DNA of 63,301 nucleotides, counting the filler, from Intoshia linei (Eukaryota > Animalia > Orthonectida): the NCBI GenBank assembly GCA_001642005.1. It is 3 parts of 3 records of this genome, joined end to end, with 100 filler letters (N's around TTAATTAATTAA, not from the genome) between each part and the next. Parts side by side here need not be neighbours in the genome. Positions count along the whole stretch, not along the records: positions 28,531 to 60,527 come from LWCA01000331.1; positions 60,628 to 63,301 come from LWCA01002227.1; 1 more part is not named here. The stretch is one strand, 5' to 3'. Below, one piece after another: positions 51,306-63,301 of this stretch (its first letter is position 1; each line of letters begins with the position of its first letter). Below the pieces are notes generated by a model, which ran no database searches, was not told where the DNA came from, and saw nothing but the letters and a program-made list of their open reading frames with translations. A program made the position numbers and the translations under genes.

Positions 51306-52746
51306 AAGCATCCCTTGCCAATTCTGTGGAAAACTTTTCTGTACACTATAATCATTATTTATGATGTAACTCAATAAATTCGTATATTCTTTTTTCGAAA
51401 TTTCGTTTGTTTAACTTTTTACATGGGCAAATCCTTCTACGAATTTCTGACAAATTTTAAATTTTAAAATTAAATAAATAATGCATAAATAATAGTTTAA
51501 GAAATTATGAAATTGTTATATTTTTAAAAAATATTTATTTTATGTGTATATATTTTATTAATGTTTATTTAAAATATTGATTATATTTTCTTCACATCTA
51601 GTAACGATAAAAGTTGTAAGCTTCGTAAAGATATAGAACCTAAATTCTGGACCGTTATAAAATAGTAGTTTAATAATAATTAAACACAAATATGAAATGA
51701 ACATAGTGCTACAATATGCACACTTTAATCTTTAATTGATTGATAAAGAAGATACGCGTAACAATTATATTATAGTATTTACATTAATGTTAATATTTCA
51801 TATATAATATGTGTACTACACATTATGTAGTTCAAAATTACATATAATTTAGTGAAAAATGTATATACGTAGATAAATAAATTAACTTAAATAAAAAAAT
51901 GTAATTGAAATTTGGACTTTATAAAATTCTAAGACGGGTAGTTATTTAAATAAAGTAGGACACATAGACACACACAAACAAAAATGCGCGTAGCTTATTA
52001 TATAAGGTAGAATAAATTCTGCGATAGTTTTTAAAAACATAATCATTATCGTAAATCGACATCTCAATAACGTGTTGTTTCACGATCAAAATCACAGATT
52101 ACCCATTTTGAAAAAATAAAAAGTCTTATAATTTTTAAAAAAATATCAACTAATAGTAGAGTTATCTTCAGTTGATAGACACAAAAGCATTCAAGCACAC
52201 AAAGTGTTGTCTTCACGGTCAAAAAAGCACTTTGGTATTTATTTTTTAATTTTGTTACTATTTTATTAACATTATAATGATTAGGGGTTATTAGGGGATT
52301 AGACAAATGTAAAATTTAATAATTAATAGTCCTAGAATAAAAAACAGTACATATTTTGATCCAGCTTATTACAGTTAATATAGTAAAAAAATTTGAAACG
52401 CAGTAATCTACGGATTCCCGGTAAAAATTTAATTTTATTTGTACATGTATGAATCCTATAATAAAACACAAATTATAAATCAGTTTTTTCACAGACTAAG
52501 ATAAAATTTAACTCATAATTTCGCTTATTAACGGTTAAAAACCCACTTTACCTTTTTTAAAATGAAAATACTATGAATACCTGTCTTTTAAAAAATAAAA
52601 ACACAAATACAAATTGTCTACAAATAAAAAATTAATTTGTATTAATATTATAATTATAATTATAACTATAATACTATTTTTCTAAGTAAACGCCATGTAA
52701 TAAATTTAATATAAAATTAGTATCTTCAGGATAAAATCATGAATCC

Positions 52747-53466
52747 AGGATCAATATTTACATTTTCAATTTTTATTTCAATCCAAATATTTGAAAATTA
52801 TTGGTTGATAATATATTAAAAATTATTTTTCATCGGGAATGCGTTGATTTCTCGGGTTGAACTTTTTTATTTATATCAATTGGAATAAGCTCTATCAGAA
52901 TAATCTTTTTTTTAATTTTCTGACAGTTAATTATTTGATATTTTTTGTTTTACACAAATTAATAAAATTAAATTATTAAAAATTAAACATTACATACATT
53001 TCGGAAAAAAATATATGAAAACTAAAATGCTTTTTTGACCATGAAGGCATCACTTATTTAAATTCAAATATTTTGTGTGTGTGTTAACAGGATACAACTA
53101 TACCACCTGTAAATTTTTTTAAATTATAAAATGTTTTAATTAAAAAAAGAAGAATAATTTAGGGTTTTGGCCCTGGAGATATAATTTTTTTAAATTTAAA
53201 TTTATGATAATGTTTATGATTTTAAAATCCGTATCAAAACATATATTTTTTTAAATTCTCCAACTTGTTTAATTTTCAAAAAAAAAAACAAATGGGGTTT
53301 TTGACTTGTAAGATGTGAGTTTGGGAGGTTTTAATTTATCTTATTATATGTCCCGGAAAAAACTGTAATTGAAATGTGGACTTTATAAAATTCTAAGACT
53401 GGTAGTTATTAAAATAAATGGGAACACACACAGTCAAATATTGCGTAGCATATTATATAAGTAGGA
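52747..53466 (-). mobile_element. Helitron-family copy, with the 3' end of another copy joined at 53467
   Basis: Matches 32442-33047 in reverse; 5' TCCTACTTATATAATATGC at 53466. Confidence 0.82.
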
Positions 53467-53841
53467 CAAGGTTGACTGTTAAGTACTACGTACATATTAT
53501 ACCTAACTCTTCCGAGAGCGGATTTGTTAAATTCTACCAAAAAATAATAAGAAAATTTAATTAAAAATGCTACAATTCATGTGTGTTTAAGCCAATGCTT
53601 TTTAACCTTTACATACATTATCTAATCACTATTTATTAAATTAAAATATTTAAAAATTTGGGGCGCATTTTAAATTTTTATAAAAAAAAGCACATCATAT
53701 TTAAAAATATGCAAAAATGAAAAACGATAAAAAAACTTTTTATTAGGTGAACTTAAATTTGGTAAAGAACATTTGATGTATGATATAATTTATTGATATT
53801 TTTGGTGTTCACCATATTATTGAACATAAATACATTATTTT

Positions 53842-55836
53842 ATTCAATAGTCATAAAAACTGTTCATTAGAGAATAGTCAATGTAAAAATTTGAAATTAT
53901 TTTGTAAAATTTTTTAAAATAAAAAAAAATAAAAAAAACTTTTTGATAAAATAAACTCAAATATTCTGAGGTGCGCCTTAACACTGCTATAAGTTTTGAA
54001 GTTTCGATTTATAATAATAATACAATTAATTCAAATTATTGCTCTTATTTATTTATTATGAGATTTTAATAATATTAATGTAGTCACAATTTTTTACTAA
54101 AAACTATAATTTTCTAATAAATTACAAATCGACGTTTTTATAATCGGAAATCGAGCTAATTATAATATAGGTATAGCACATGATAATCATTTACTTATAA
54201 AAAATTTAATATCAGTGTTTGCTAACGTTTACTAATTAAAATCAAAATTAACGTTAATTAAAAAATTAATTCCTATAATTATATAAATCCGATTTCTAAT
54301 ACAGTTTTGCGAGGGTCATGTTATCACAAATTTAATTTTTAGAAATTGAGTTCTTTAGGATCAAAAACACAAATTATGTGTTTTTTTAATAAATAATAAT
54401 ATGAGTGCAATATTTATAAAGAACAGAAATTCTGCAACGCGTTTTAACATTATTACCATTGTCGTAAATCTCAATCTTAAAAATTTTAACCTTAATGACC
54501 ACACCTCAAATTACGTGTTTTTTGAAAAATAGAAAACATTACATTATTTTATAATACACAAATTCAGAATATTTTGTTAAAATCATGAGCATTATCATAA
54601 ATCACAACCTCAAAAACTTATAATCATTTAAAGTCGGCTCTAGGTATATCATCATAATTCCAAAAAACATGTTAAATTTAGAATAATATCATATTTGGCA
54701 TGTTAAACAACTCTGAAATGTAACCAATTAGTATGTGACGCCACGAATTCTACTAGATTCAAAATAATATTCAACGTCAAATTTGAATTTAGCCGTTTCA
54801 ATAATATTATCCTTTGTTTTTGAATCGATTGAACCAAAATAATTTAGATGAAATGGTTATTTTATTATATTTTAGCAACAATTAGTGTCACATTTAGATA
54901 ATAATAGACAAATTCTTTTCATCAAAGGCTAGAGTCAAAATTTGAGACGCAATTTTTTACGCAAAATTTTAGACAATTGAAACAGAATGTTTAATAATGT
55001 GTAGAATAACGTGTTATTGCGGTATTAATATTATTGAAATCCTTATAATCGCACTTACAGTGTATTAGGATAATTTTTTACACCAAAGCTAAACGTTAAA
55101 CAGACATAAAACAAATAAACGATTAATTAAAATGTAATAAAAAATTAAATGACGTCCAGCGCATAACAATTTACCTAACAAATAACAATACAAATAATGT
55201 TATAACATGAAAGACACGCCTATAACATTAATTGGCAAACTAATGAGATTATTGAGCATATCTAATATCACAAATTGAAAATTTAATAATAAGTAGTTTA
55301 ATTTTGAGCAACATTTTACTTTAATAAAATATGCAATATAAACCAACATACCTATTACACTTTGAAGAGGACCACTTTCATCAACCTCAAAAGATAAAAA
55401 ATCATGAAAGCTCCAAAGATTTAGGTTCACTGGAATTTATATATCAGTTTTATAATAAATTAGCATTTAAATCAATTTCACCTATCGGAACGGAATCCAG
55501 CCTTTTTTTAGACAGTTCAATCAAAAAGATTTTAGTGATCGAAAAAAAGACTTTTACAGATTTTTCCTTAATGAACATACTAAAGCCTTCTGAACGATGT
55601 CAAAATACAAAAATCCCAAAATACAAATCCAAATATGTATTTAATTTAAAATCATTACATACATTAATTGTACATTAATGTATTAAAGTTTATCATAATA
55701 GTTATTAATTAATTTTATTCCTAGAATATTTAATGAAATTGTGTTGTATTGTTGCATATGCACAAAGAGGTTTAAATCACGTGCGACATTACGTAATCAT
55801 ATGCCAGTACACACAAGATTAAGAGCATTTAAATGC
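53842..55836 (+). repeat. Segmental duplication copy 2
   Basis: Colinear match to 48824-50988; lacks most of the 49590-49815 segment present in copy 1. Confidence 0.92.
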
Positions 55837-56095
55837 GTTGTTTGTGACAAATCATTTCAACAAGCCAGTACACTGAGTAGACACAAGATTATACACACCG
55901 AACTAAAACCATACAACTGTACACAATGCAGCAGCAATTTTAATAAGAAATCTAAATTAAAGATGCACATGAAAATAACACTGGGATCAAAGATATAACA
56001 TGCAAATTTTGCAGAAAGGGTAATCAAATTATTTTATAATTCATTAAAGGATATTTAGGATTTAATCAATTAGGTAATTTTCAGAGTCATTTGAT
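55331..56095 (+). pseudogene. FEZF: Second Fezf-like gene, frameshifted and cut by a Helitron copy
   Basis: Intron-1 donor lost, intron-2 phase shifted, 1-nt deletion after finger 3 (KITLGSKI*), last exon FNQLGNFQSHL runs into the repeat at ~56096. Confidence 0.8.
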
Positions 56096-56673
56096 AAGTT
56101 GAACTTTTGTATTTATATCAACTGGAATAAGCTCTATCAGAATAATTTTTTTTTTTTAATTTTCGGACCGTAATTATTTCACATTTTTTGTTTTAATAAA
56201 ATATTTTGGAAAAAAAATATATGAATACTAAAATGCTTTTTTATCCGTGAAGTCGTTACTTATTTGGATAGAAATTTTTTGTGTGTGTTAACATGATACA
56301 ACTGTACCATCTGTAATTTTTTTAAATTCTAGGGCTGTTTTCATAAAAAAAAGGGTAATTTGGGGTTTTGGCCCTAAAGATATAATTTTTTAAAATTTAA
56401 ATTTATGATAATGTTTATGATTATAAAATTCGTATCAGTGTATATATTTTTTTAAATTATCCAACTCATTTGATTTTCAAAAAAAAAAAATTGGAGTTTT
56501 TGACCCGTAAGATGTGAGTTTGGGAAATAGAAATGTATCTTATTATCACTACGAAAAAAACTGTAATTGAAATGTGGACTTTACAAAATTTCAAGACTGG
56601 TAGTTATTGAAATAAAATGGAACACATACACACACACAAACAAATATAGCGTAGCATATTATATAAGTAACGA
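56096..56673 (-). mobile_element. Helitron-family copy (5' part)
   Basis: Matches the other copies; 5' A|TCGTTACTTATATAATATGC at 56673. Confidence 0.82.
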
Positions 56674-57353
56674 TTAATATGCTAAAATGTTCTTGGCAGT
56701 AGAGTTTTTGTTTAGTATGCGTGTATTTAGGCTTTGTACATTAAATCCAATGAATTCGCATCTATATATTTATGATTTAAATATAGAGATTAACATATCA
56801 CAAACTTAAAAATATAAATGGTGACCATATTCGATAGCCTATCATAGCTTCCAAAATTTTTTAAAATAATAAATATAATAAAAAATCGAATTGAAATTTA
56901 TTTGATATTTTTTTATTTTACAAATTGACTTAAAATATTGGTGATAATGTGAAAAGGGCCTTAGGGAGAATCAGCCCACTAGAATGAACTTTAAAATTTC
57001 ACCTGTATTGTTCATTTAAAAAAAAGTAAACTAAACTGATTTACATTACAATGTTACATTCTAAAATTAAGATTTCTTAAGTGATGCTTTGCTAACAGCG
57101 ATTTACGAATTTCAAAATTTTTAATAATTAAAGTTTTAGTAATAATAATAATAATGTAAGTAAAATTTAGATTTAGAGTAAATTATCATATCGTCGAGTT
57201 AACAGTTAGATTCCTACACAATGCACCAATTAAATATATTTAATTTTGACATAATATTCTTTTTATTATTGACAACCGTGCAACAATTTCAATATTTAAT
57301 GAATTAAAGTTCAAATCAATCAAATTTCGCTCTAATGCTATTATATTTTTAAA

Positions 57354-58800
57354 ATGACGAATATTGTTGGTGAGTTATCAAACAGGTAATATAAATTTTA
57401 ATAAAATCAAAATCTATAATACATGTATTTTTAATCAATATCAATTCAAAATGTAAGTGAATATTATAATATTTATGACGGATTGTAGTGACGAAGTTTT
57501 GTCGGCTATATTTTTTTTTGGAGAAAATTTCGATATAATCTAGTCAACCTATTTAAAATTTCATCAGGATAATTTCAATTTAAAATGTATCGAGTATGAA
57601 AATTGTATATCGCTGATAATTAAAAACGCGATTTAGCCGTGGGAATGTATATAACGGCATAGTTATGAAATAATATATTAGAAAAACGGCTATTTTGGAT
57701 GAAATATCAAGTTCTGGTCTACAAGGAATCTGTTGGAAATGTTTATGCAGTTATTTGGGAAATACAGTGAATGTTAAAATTGGAGAAGAAAATTTTATTG
57801 AAATATTTAATTTTTTGATAACACAAAAATTTGAATTTTACGAGTCATTTGAACATCATTGTTATGCAGTGACTAATAAATATGATATTGAGGTTTAATT
57901 TTAGTCTATTATTATATTATTGTATTTAGGAAACAATAATCAATGATGATAAACATTTTATTAGCAATAAGGGTGATTTTAAATTTAAAATTTCTTCACT
58001 TGATCGTGAGGGTTTTTTTTCAACTGCCCATGTGAAATGATCAAGCCATTTACCCTTCTCAAATATCTTATCACATTTTAAAAATAATGGTTTTAGATCA
58101 CAGAGGAACTTGTAAAGATTATAAAAGTCGCAATAGAATCAAAATGAAAACATCTTTGAATTTCAATAAATTTTTGAAGAGGTACTTAATAATTGTAATA
58201 ATTACAAGTTATTCAAAACTAACCATCTCATTGATTGTTTTACAAAAGAATACGTTGAGTTTTTCAGCTTCATTTGTAGTTAGAAATGATTAAATATTCT
58301 CATTATATTAGATAACTTGAATTTATTGTTTAATCCAAAAATCTATAATTTCTATACAATTTCTAGTTTGGATGAAAAAAAAAGCCGTGTCATTATTGTA
58401 TCTTCCCAAGAAAACCGCAGTCAATTATTATTTAATCACGTTTATTTTCAAAGATTTGATATCAAGGTATATGCATTAATGGAAAGGATTGCCGCGTAAT
58501 TTTTGTCATATCTTAAAAATTTTTATTTTAAGTTGATTGGTTTACTATTTATTTTAGATCAAAACAATTCGGAATATCTATAAAATATGGGGCAACCTAT
58601 TATAAAATGGCGCAACACTATTTTTATTTTGGTTCAACTCTCAGAAAATGTATACGAAGGCAATATAGACAAAATCGAATTTGGGTAATTTTGAGATATA
58701 ATTCTTATTGATTTTTAAATTTTTTAACGAATAGTATATCAACAATGTTAACAAGCCGTCCTATGTCTATTTATTGAAATTTTACAATTTGGTAAATATA
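57354..58800 (+). pseudogene. Unrecognised multi-exon gene or pseudogene
   Basis: Exon-like open segments bounded by short GT-AG introns (KTAILDEISSSG...YDIE|ETIINDDKHF; LDEKKSRVII...FDIK|IKTIRNIY), but with internal stops; family not recognised. Confidence 0.3.
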
Positions 58801-59059
58801 GTATTTATTATTTAAATTTTGCATTTCTAGAAAGCAATCAATACATCCTTGGATTCTAATGGTACTTGATATTTTTTATTTTATGGTAAAAGTATCGTCA
58901 TCGTTAAATACGCCAAAGTTAGGTTCCCTGGCAGATACCTTTTCAGGCATATTGCTGTACATAAAAATACTCAGTCTCGAAGTGGCGCATTATTTCAAGA
59001 TTATTCTAGTACACAATCCTGCAATAGCAGAAATAATCGTGTATGACAGACTTTAAATT

Positions 59060-59745
59060 AAATTAGATTTTAAATTGAATCGATTTTTTTTTCTGCGAAC
59101 ATACTGCTTGCCATCGGACCCGAAAAGGTTTATTTTGCATTCATCAGACCAAATAACGTTTTTCCAATAGTCCATCCCACTCCACAAGTAATTTTTTGTA
59201 AATATAAACCTTGCATCAATATGTCTCTTTCTTAAATATGGTTTCCTGCAAACCTAACATGCTTTAAGGTCATTAGCGGAACATACTCTTCGTAGTGTTC
59301 GAGGTGAAACAATTTTATTACATTGATCTTTCATGATATTCGACATCTTAGTACACCTTATTTTTGGATTCGACTCCAATTTATTTTTAATTCGAATCAA
59401 ATCAGTATTCGAGATAATTTGAGGACGTCCACTACCCTTTTGACTATTAGAAAGTTTTTATAAATTTTGATATTTTTTAATATTCGTGATATGGTATCTT
59501 GATTTTTACCATAAAAGTGTGCCAACCTTTTTTGATTCCAACTATCAGAATATCTTGCAAAATTTGAGATTTTTCCTCTTAACTGCTTAAGAAAAAAATG
59601 GCTCGTTCTTTAAAATGACGGGTTAATTGATCTAAATAAAGAATAACCCTCGCGCATTTGTCATTTATCAACAATTTGTCAAAAAATTAAAATAAAGTTA
59701 ATTTCAGTTAAAATTAGTAAGTTACTATCACTATTTGTGTACATG
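59060..59745 (-). mobile_element. Tc1-like transposon remnant (5' half)
   Basis: KGSGRPQII...VSPRTLRR, RKPYLRKRHIDAR, YWKNVIWSDECKINLFGSDGKQYVRR. Confidence 0.85.
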
Positions 59746-59959
59746 TAGCCCTGGAATGGCGGGAATTCTATTATTTTCATATTGTTACAATATTTACATA
59801 CATTTATTTGATTAATAATACTTGCTTTTATATACTATTTTTTGATTTGTGCTGTCAAAACTTATCATATTCAAAAAGATATAGACGATAAATATTGCGG
59901 TTTGGTATGTATAGATTCTAGTCGGATATATGACATGAATCGAACTCTTGGAAAATATC

Positions 59960-60527
59960 ACAAAATATCATGACATTAGTATATAAATAAAAAAATTGAG
60001 CTTTTTGATCAAAGTAAAAGTGAGATTTATGAAACATTTGACAAGATATTTTACTTTAAATAACTGCATTTGCCACAGTTGCGCCTTTACCGTTTGGAAG
60101 AGTTTTTATTCCAATGCAGACTTGTAAGAATTTTGACATACCCTGTAGGCAAATAGAAACACTGCCGTTTTTATCCCGTTATATAGCTTTTAGTTCTTTT
60201 TCAATCAAAATGTATGCAAAAAGTTCCGTCGTAAGATAACAATTTTTCTTTCATAGTCATGTTGACCTTTAATAAATCTTTTAGTTGTGATTTATAAATT
60301 CCAACATTGTAGGAACTCTGCAATTTGGATTTCCTTTAGCTACAATAATTACAGCTTTCCTCACAGAGGTATTTTTCATCAATGCAACTCTGCCAATATC
60401 CTGTGCTTTAAGTTTATTGGGTAAATGTACGTAATCAATATCAGATAAATCATTTTTAATTCTTTCGTCATCTTTATATCTTTCATATTGAAAATTGGCC
60501 ACTTGTAGGCTCTTTCTCGGTTTTTTC
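59960..60527 (-). mobile_element. Degenerate DNA-transposase-like fragment
   Basis: Stop-riddled frame including IGIKTLPNGKGATVANAV, resembling RNase-H-fold transposase segments; cut by gap. Confidence 0.4.
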
Positions 60528-60627
60528 NNNNNNNNNNNNNNNNNNNNNNNNNNNNNNNNNNNNNNNNNNNNTTAATTAATTAANNNNNNNNNNNNNNNNN
60601 NNNNNNNNNNNNNNNNNNNNNNNNNNN
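60528..60627. other. Artificial assembly linker
   Basis: 100-nt N-run with TTAATTAATTAA at 60572-60583. Confidence 0.9.
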
Positions 60628-61119
60628 GACTATTCAAATATAATGTTAAAGACTCAGAAAATAGACGAATTAAGTAGTAGCTGAAAACTTTTGCATAACA
60701 ATTGAACAAATTTATTTACATAAATTTTAATGGAATCGTTATTGTTGCTTTGAATTGAGAAGTAAGCTAAATCTTAGAATTTTTTTTGATAGGCTTACTC
60801 GCTTACCGGCACAGACATTTAATTTATTACTTTTTTTTAATTTGTTAGAATAGAAAATCCAACCTCACAAAACTATGTTGTAACAAAAGTAATAAATACT
60901 TCAAAGGCAATTTCAGTTACAAATAAATAGATATTAAGCATACTACACCAAAAACCACTAAATATCACATTTAAAGCTATCATAGTCATATATAATATAT
61001 TTCCTATAGGGCCACTAGAAAAATCAAGGGACTATGTAAAAAATTTTCTATTTGGGAGTCAAAGTAGATTATAGGACCCATAAAAAATTTTATATATATT
61101 TTAATGTATTTATATATAA

Positions 61120-61790
61120 TTTATTTCAAATACATCAATTCTCTTGTAGTTTTCTTTAAGGACTCACAAAATAGATATTCCTCCTTAATGTTATTATTCA
61201 CAATATATCTTGCAAACACATCAGTAGATTCGTCCAATTAGAAGTTTTTTTCGAAGTTCATCCATAACTTGAAGTTCGATAACTTCTGCTAAATTTTTAA
61301 TGCTTTTACAAAGGAATTGATTTCAGTTTCCCTTTTTGTTTTTTGTTAAGTAGAAGTTCTGCAATGTTAAGAGTACAGATCAACGTTTCCTATGGTATGA
61401 TGCTTTTTTTGTTTAGAAAACATGTAAGCAACATGATATTATGCCTCTACAATTTTGTTACATTGAGAAGAAATGATAAATTGTCAACTGTTCCACCTAT
61501 ATCGAAACGTCTTCTTTTTCGAGCGATAACTTCACCCTGTTAGTGAGGTTTGAGTGTTTTATATTCTTATGATTACGTAGGAGGATGGCTGTATGCTATT
61601 ATTGCATAAAACGCCGAAAAGTAAATGTACTGAGGTTTCTCGGTTTCATCTGTATCATTGGGACAGGTAAAACCAAATTCTACGTAATTGTTATTTTATT
61701 GTCTTTTTTTAGACATCCTCATAAAAGGTTAAAAACTCTTAATGATAATTTATATATTAAAATACATAATTTGTATATTTTAAAATAGTT
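61120..61790 (-). mobile_element. Decayed Buster-type hAT transposase
   Basis: ETLICTLNIAELLL...KLKSIP, LDESTDVFARYIVNNNIKEEYLFCESLKETT, with stops and frameshifts. Confidence 0.75.
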
Positions 61791-61869
61791 GAAAATACAA
61801 AATTAATTTGATTATTAAATGATTGTGAATAAATTCAATGAGCGTTAATTATTAACTTACCGTATTAAG

Positions 61870-63095
61870 TATTAACAAGATTTTTGTTTGTGTGTTCAAC
61901 TTTATTGAAATAACTACCCGTCTTAAAATTTTTTAAAGACCCCATTTCAATTACAGTTTTTTTCAGGACGTATATTAAGATAAATTTCAATCTCCCAATT
62001 TCATATTTTACGGGTCAAAAACCCCAGTTGTTTTTCTTATTGAAAATCAAACAAGTTGGAGAATTTAAAAAAATATATACGCTGATACGGATTTTAAAAT
62101 CATAAACATTACCATACATTTAAATTTAAAAAAATTATATCTTCATGGCCGAAACCCCAAATTCCCCTTCTTTTTTTAATGAAAACAGCCCTAGAATTTC
62201 AAAAAATTTCAATCCGAATAAGTGACGACTTTACGCTTAAAAAAGCATTTTAGTATTCATATATTTTTTTTCCGAAATATTTTATTAAAACAAAAAATGT
62301 GAAATAATTAACGGTCCGAAAATTAAAAAAAAAGAAAGAGATTATTCTAATAGAGCTTATTCCAGTTGATATAAATACAAAATTTCAATTTCAGAAATCT
62401 ACGCATTTCCGGTAATAAATAATTTTTAATATATTATCAACCAATATTTTTCAAATATTTCGATTAAAATAAAAATGTAAATATTGATCCTACAATTTTA
62501 AAAAAAATGTGGATTGTACGTCTACACATTTCCAGTAGACATGGCTAAAAATCTATATAATTCATTCCTTCGGAATTTTTAAATTTTTAAAACATTCAAA
62601 TTTAAATAAGAAACTAAAAAACTTTGTTAATATCATTTTTATATTACAGTCCTTTGCAATAATGGTAAAATTCGACTGAAATGTTTATGAAGTGCAGATT
62701 CAGTTAATTATTGATACACAATTGGTATGGTTAAGTATTTATTAAAGTGGTACTGAATATATGTCATCACATTGAAAATGACAAAATAGGTTTTTATATG
62801 TAATGTGCTAGCTCCTTGAAGGTCTTCTATTATTGGTGAAACTTATGTTAATAATTTCAAGAAAATTTCAATGTTCAAGTTTAATACAAAATTATAAAGT
62901 GAGCGACAATTCGTTTACTCTATAACAACTATACAACTAAACTGGTTCAACACATTATAATTTATTTTTTCTGGAATTTATGCTATTCATGACAATTTTA
63001 GGATTGGACTGTTTTTACTTTATTCTTAATATTATACACACATTCTGTCTAATAAATTAAAAAAATGGGATAATTGTTTTTAAAATTCTTCACGC
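61870..63095 (+). mobile_element. Long Helitron-family copy
   Basis: 61886-62490 matches the family 5' part; 62650-63090 matches the 3' part seen reversed at 5385-5885 and forward at 33050-33140. Confidence 0.78.
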
Positions 63096-63301
63096 AAATG
63101 TTAACACTTAAATACACACCTTAATTTAACTAACATATTGTACTTCTACAAGTCAATAAAATTTAAATAAGTTGATTGTTTAGTTACAATTTCCAAAAAT
63201 AATAAAATTTTTAGCAATGAAATAAATAATACTGAAATTAATTTGTTTATTTTTTATAAAATTTATACAGCAAACATTTATGACAACTGTATACTATTTG
63301 A

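Overview
This is very AT-rich eukaryotic (animal) nuclear DNA, not prokaryotic. The ORF track is fragmented because the genes are split by GT-AG introns, most of them only ~30-45 nt; the few long introns are mostly filled with transposon debris. Manual splicing recovers, in order: the 3' exon of a GRIP-domain golgin, paxillin, HADH, a bubblegum-type acyl-CoA synthetase, CDC34/UBE2R, Pumilio, MRPL32, a small orphan gene, a PAP2 lipid phosphatase plus a decayed inverted paralog, TFIIA-gamma, a lesioned ALYREF-like gene, GMPPB, SPCS3, an atypical ARFRP1, a Rab8-like GTPase and two damaged Fezf/earmuff zinc-finger genes in a tandem duplication. Mobile DNA includes an abundant non-autonomous Helitron family (one complete A|TC...CTAG|T copy and one head-to-tail junction), Buster/hAT transposase remnants, hAT MITEs with 8-bp TSDs, and Tc1/pogo elements. 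Two 100-nt N-gaps containing TTAATTAATTAA look like artificial joins, so adjacency across them is unreliable. Tiny introns, dense gene packing and divergent metazoan genes suggest a reduced, possibly parasitic animal genome such as an orthonectid; that is inference only. No CRISPR array, rRNA or tRNA was recognised. I found no clear novel multi-gene system; the best leads are the Helitron family, the chimeric Fezf pair, the atypical ARFRP1 and the near-overlapping gene pairs.
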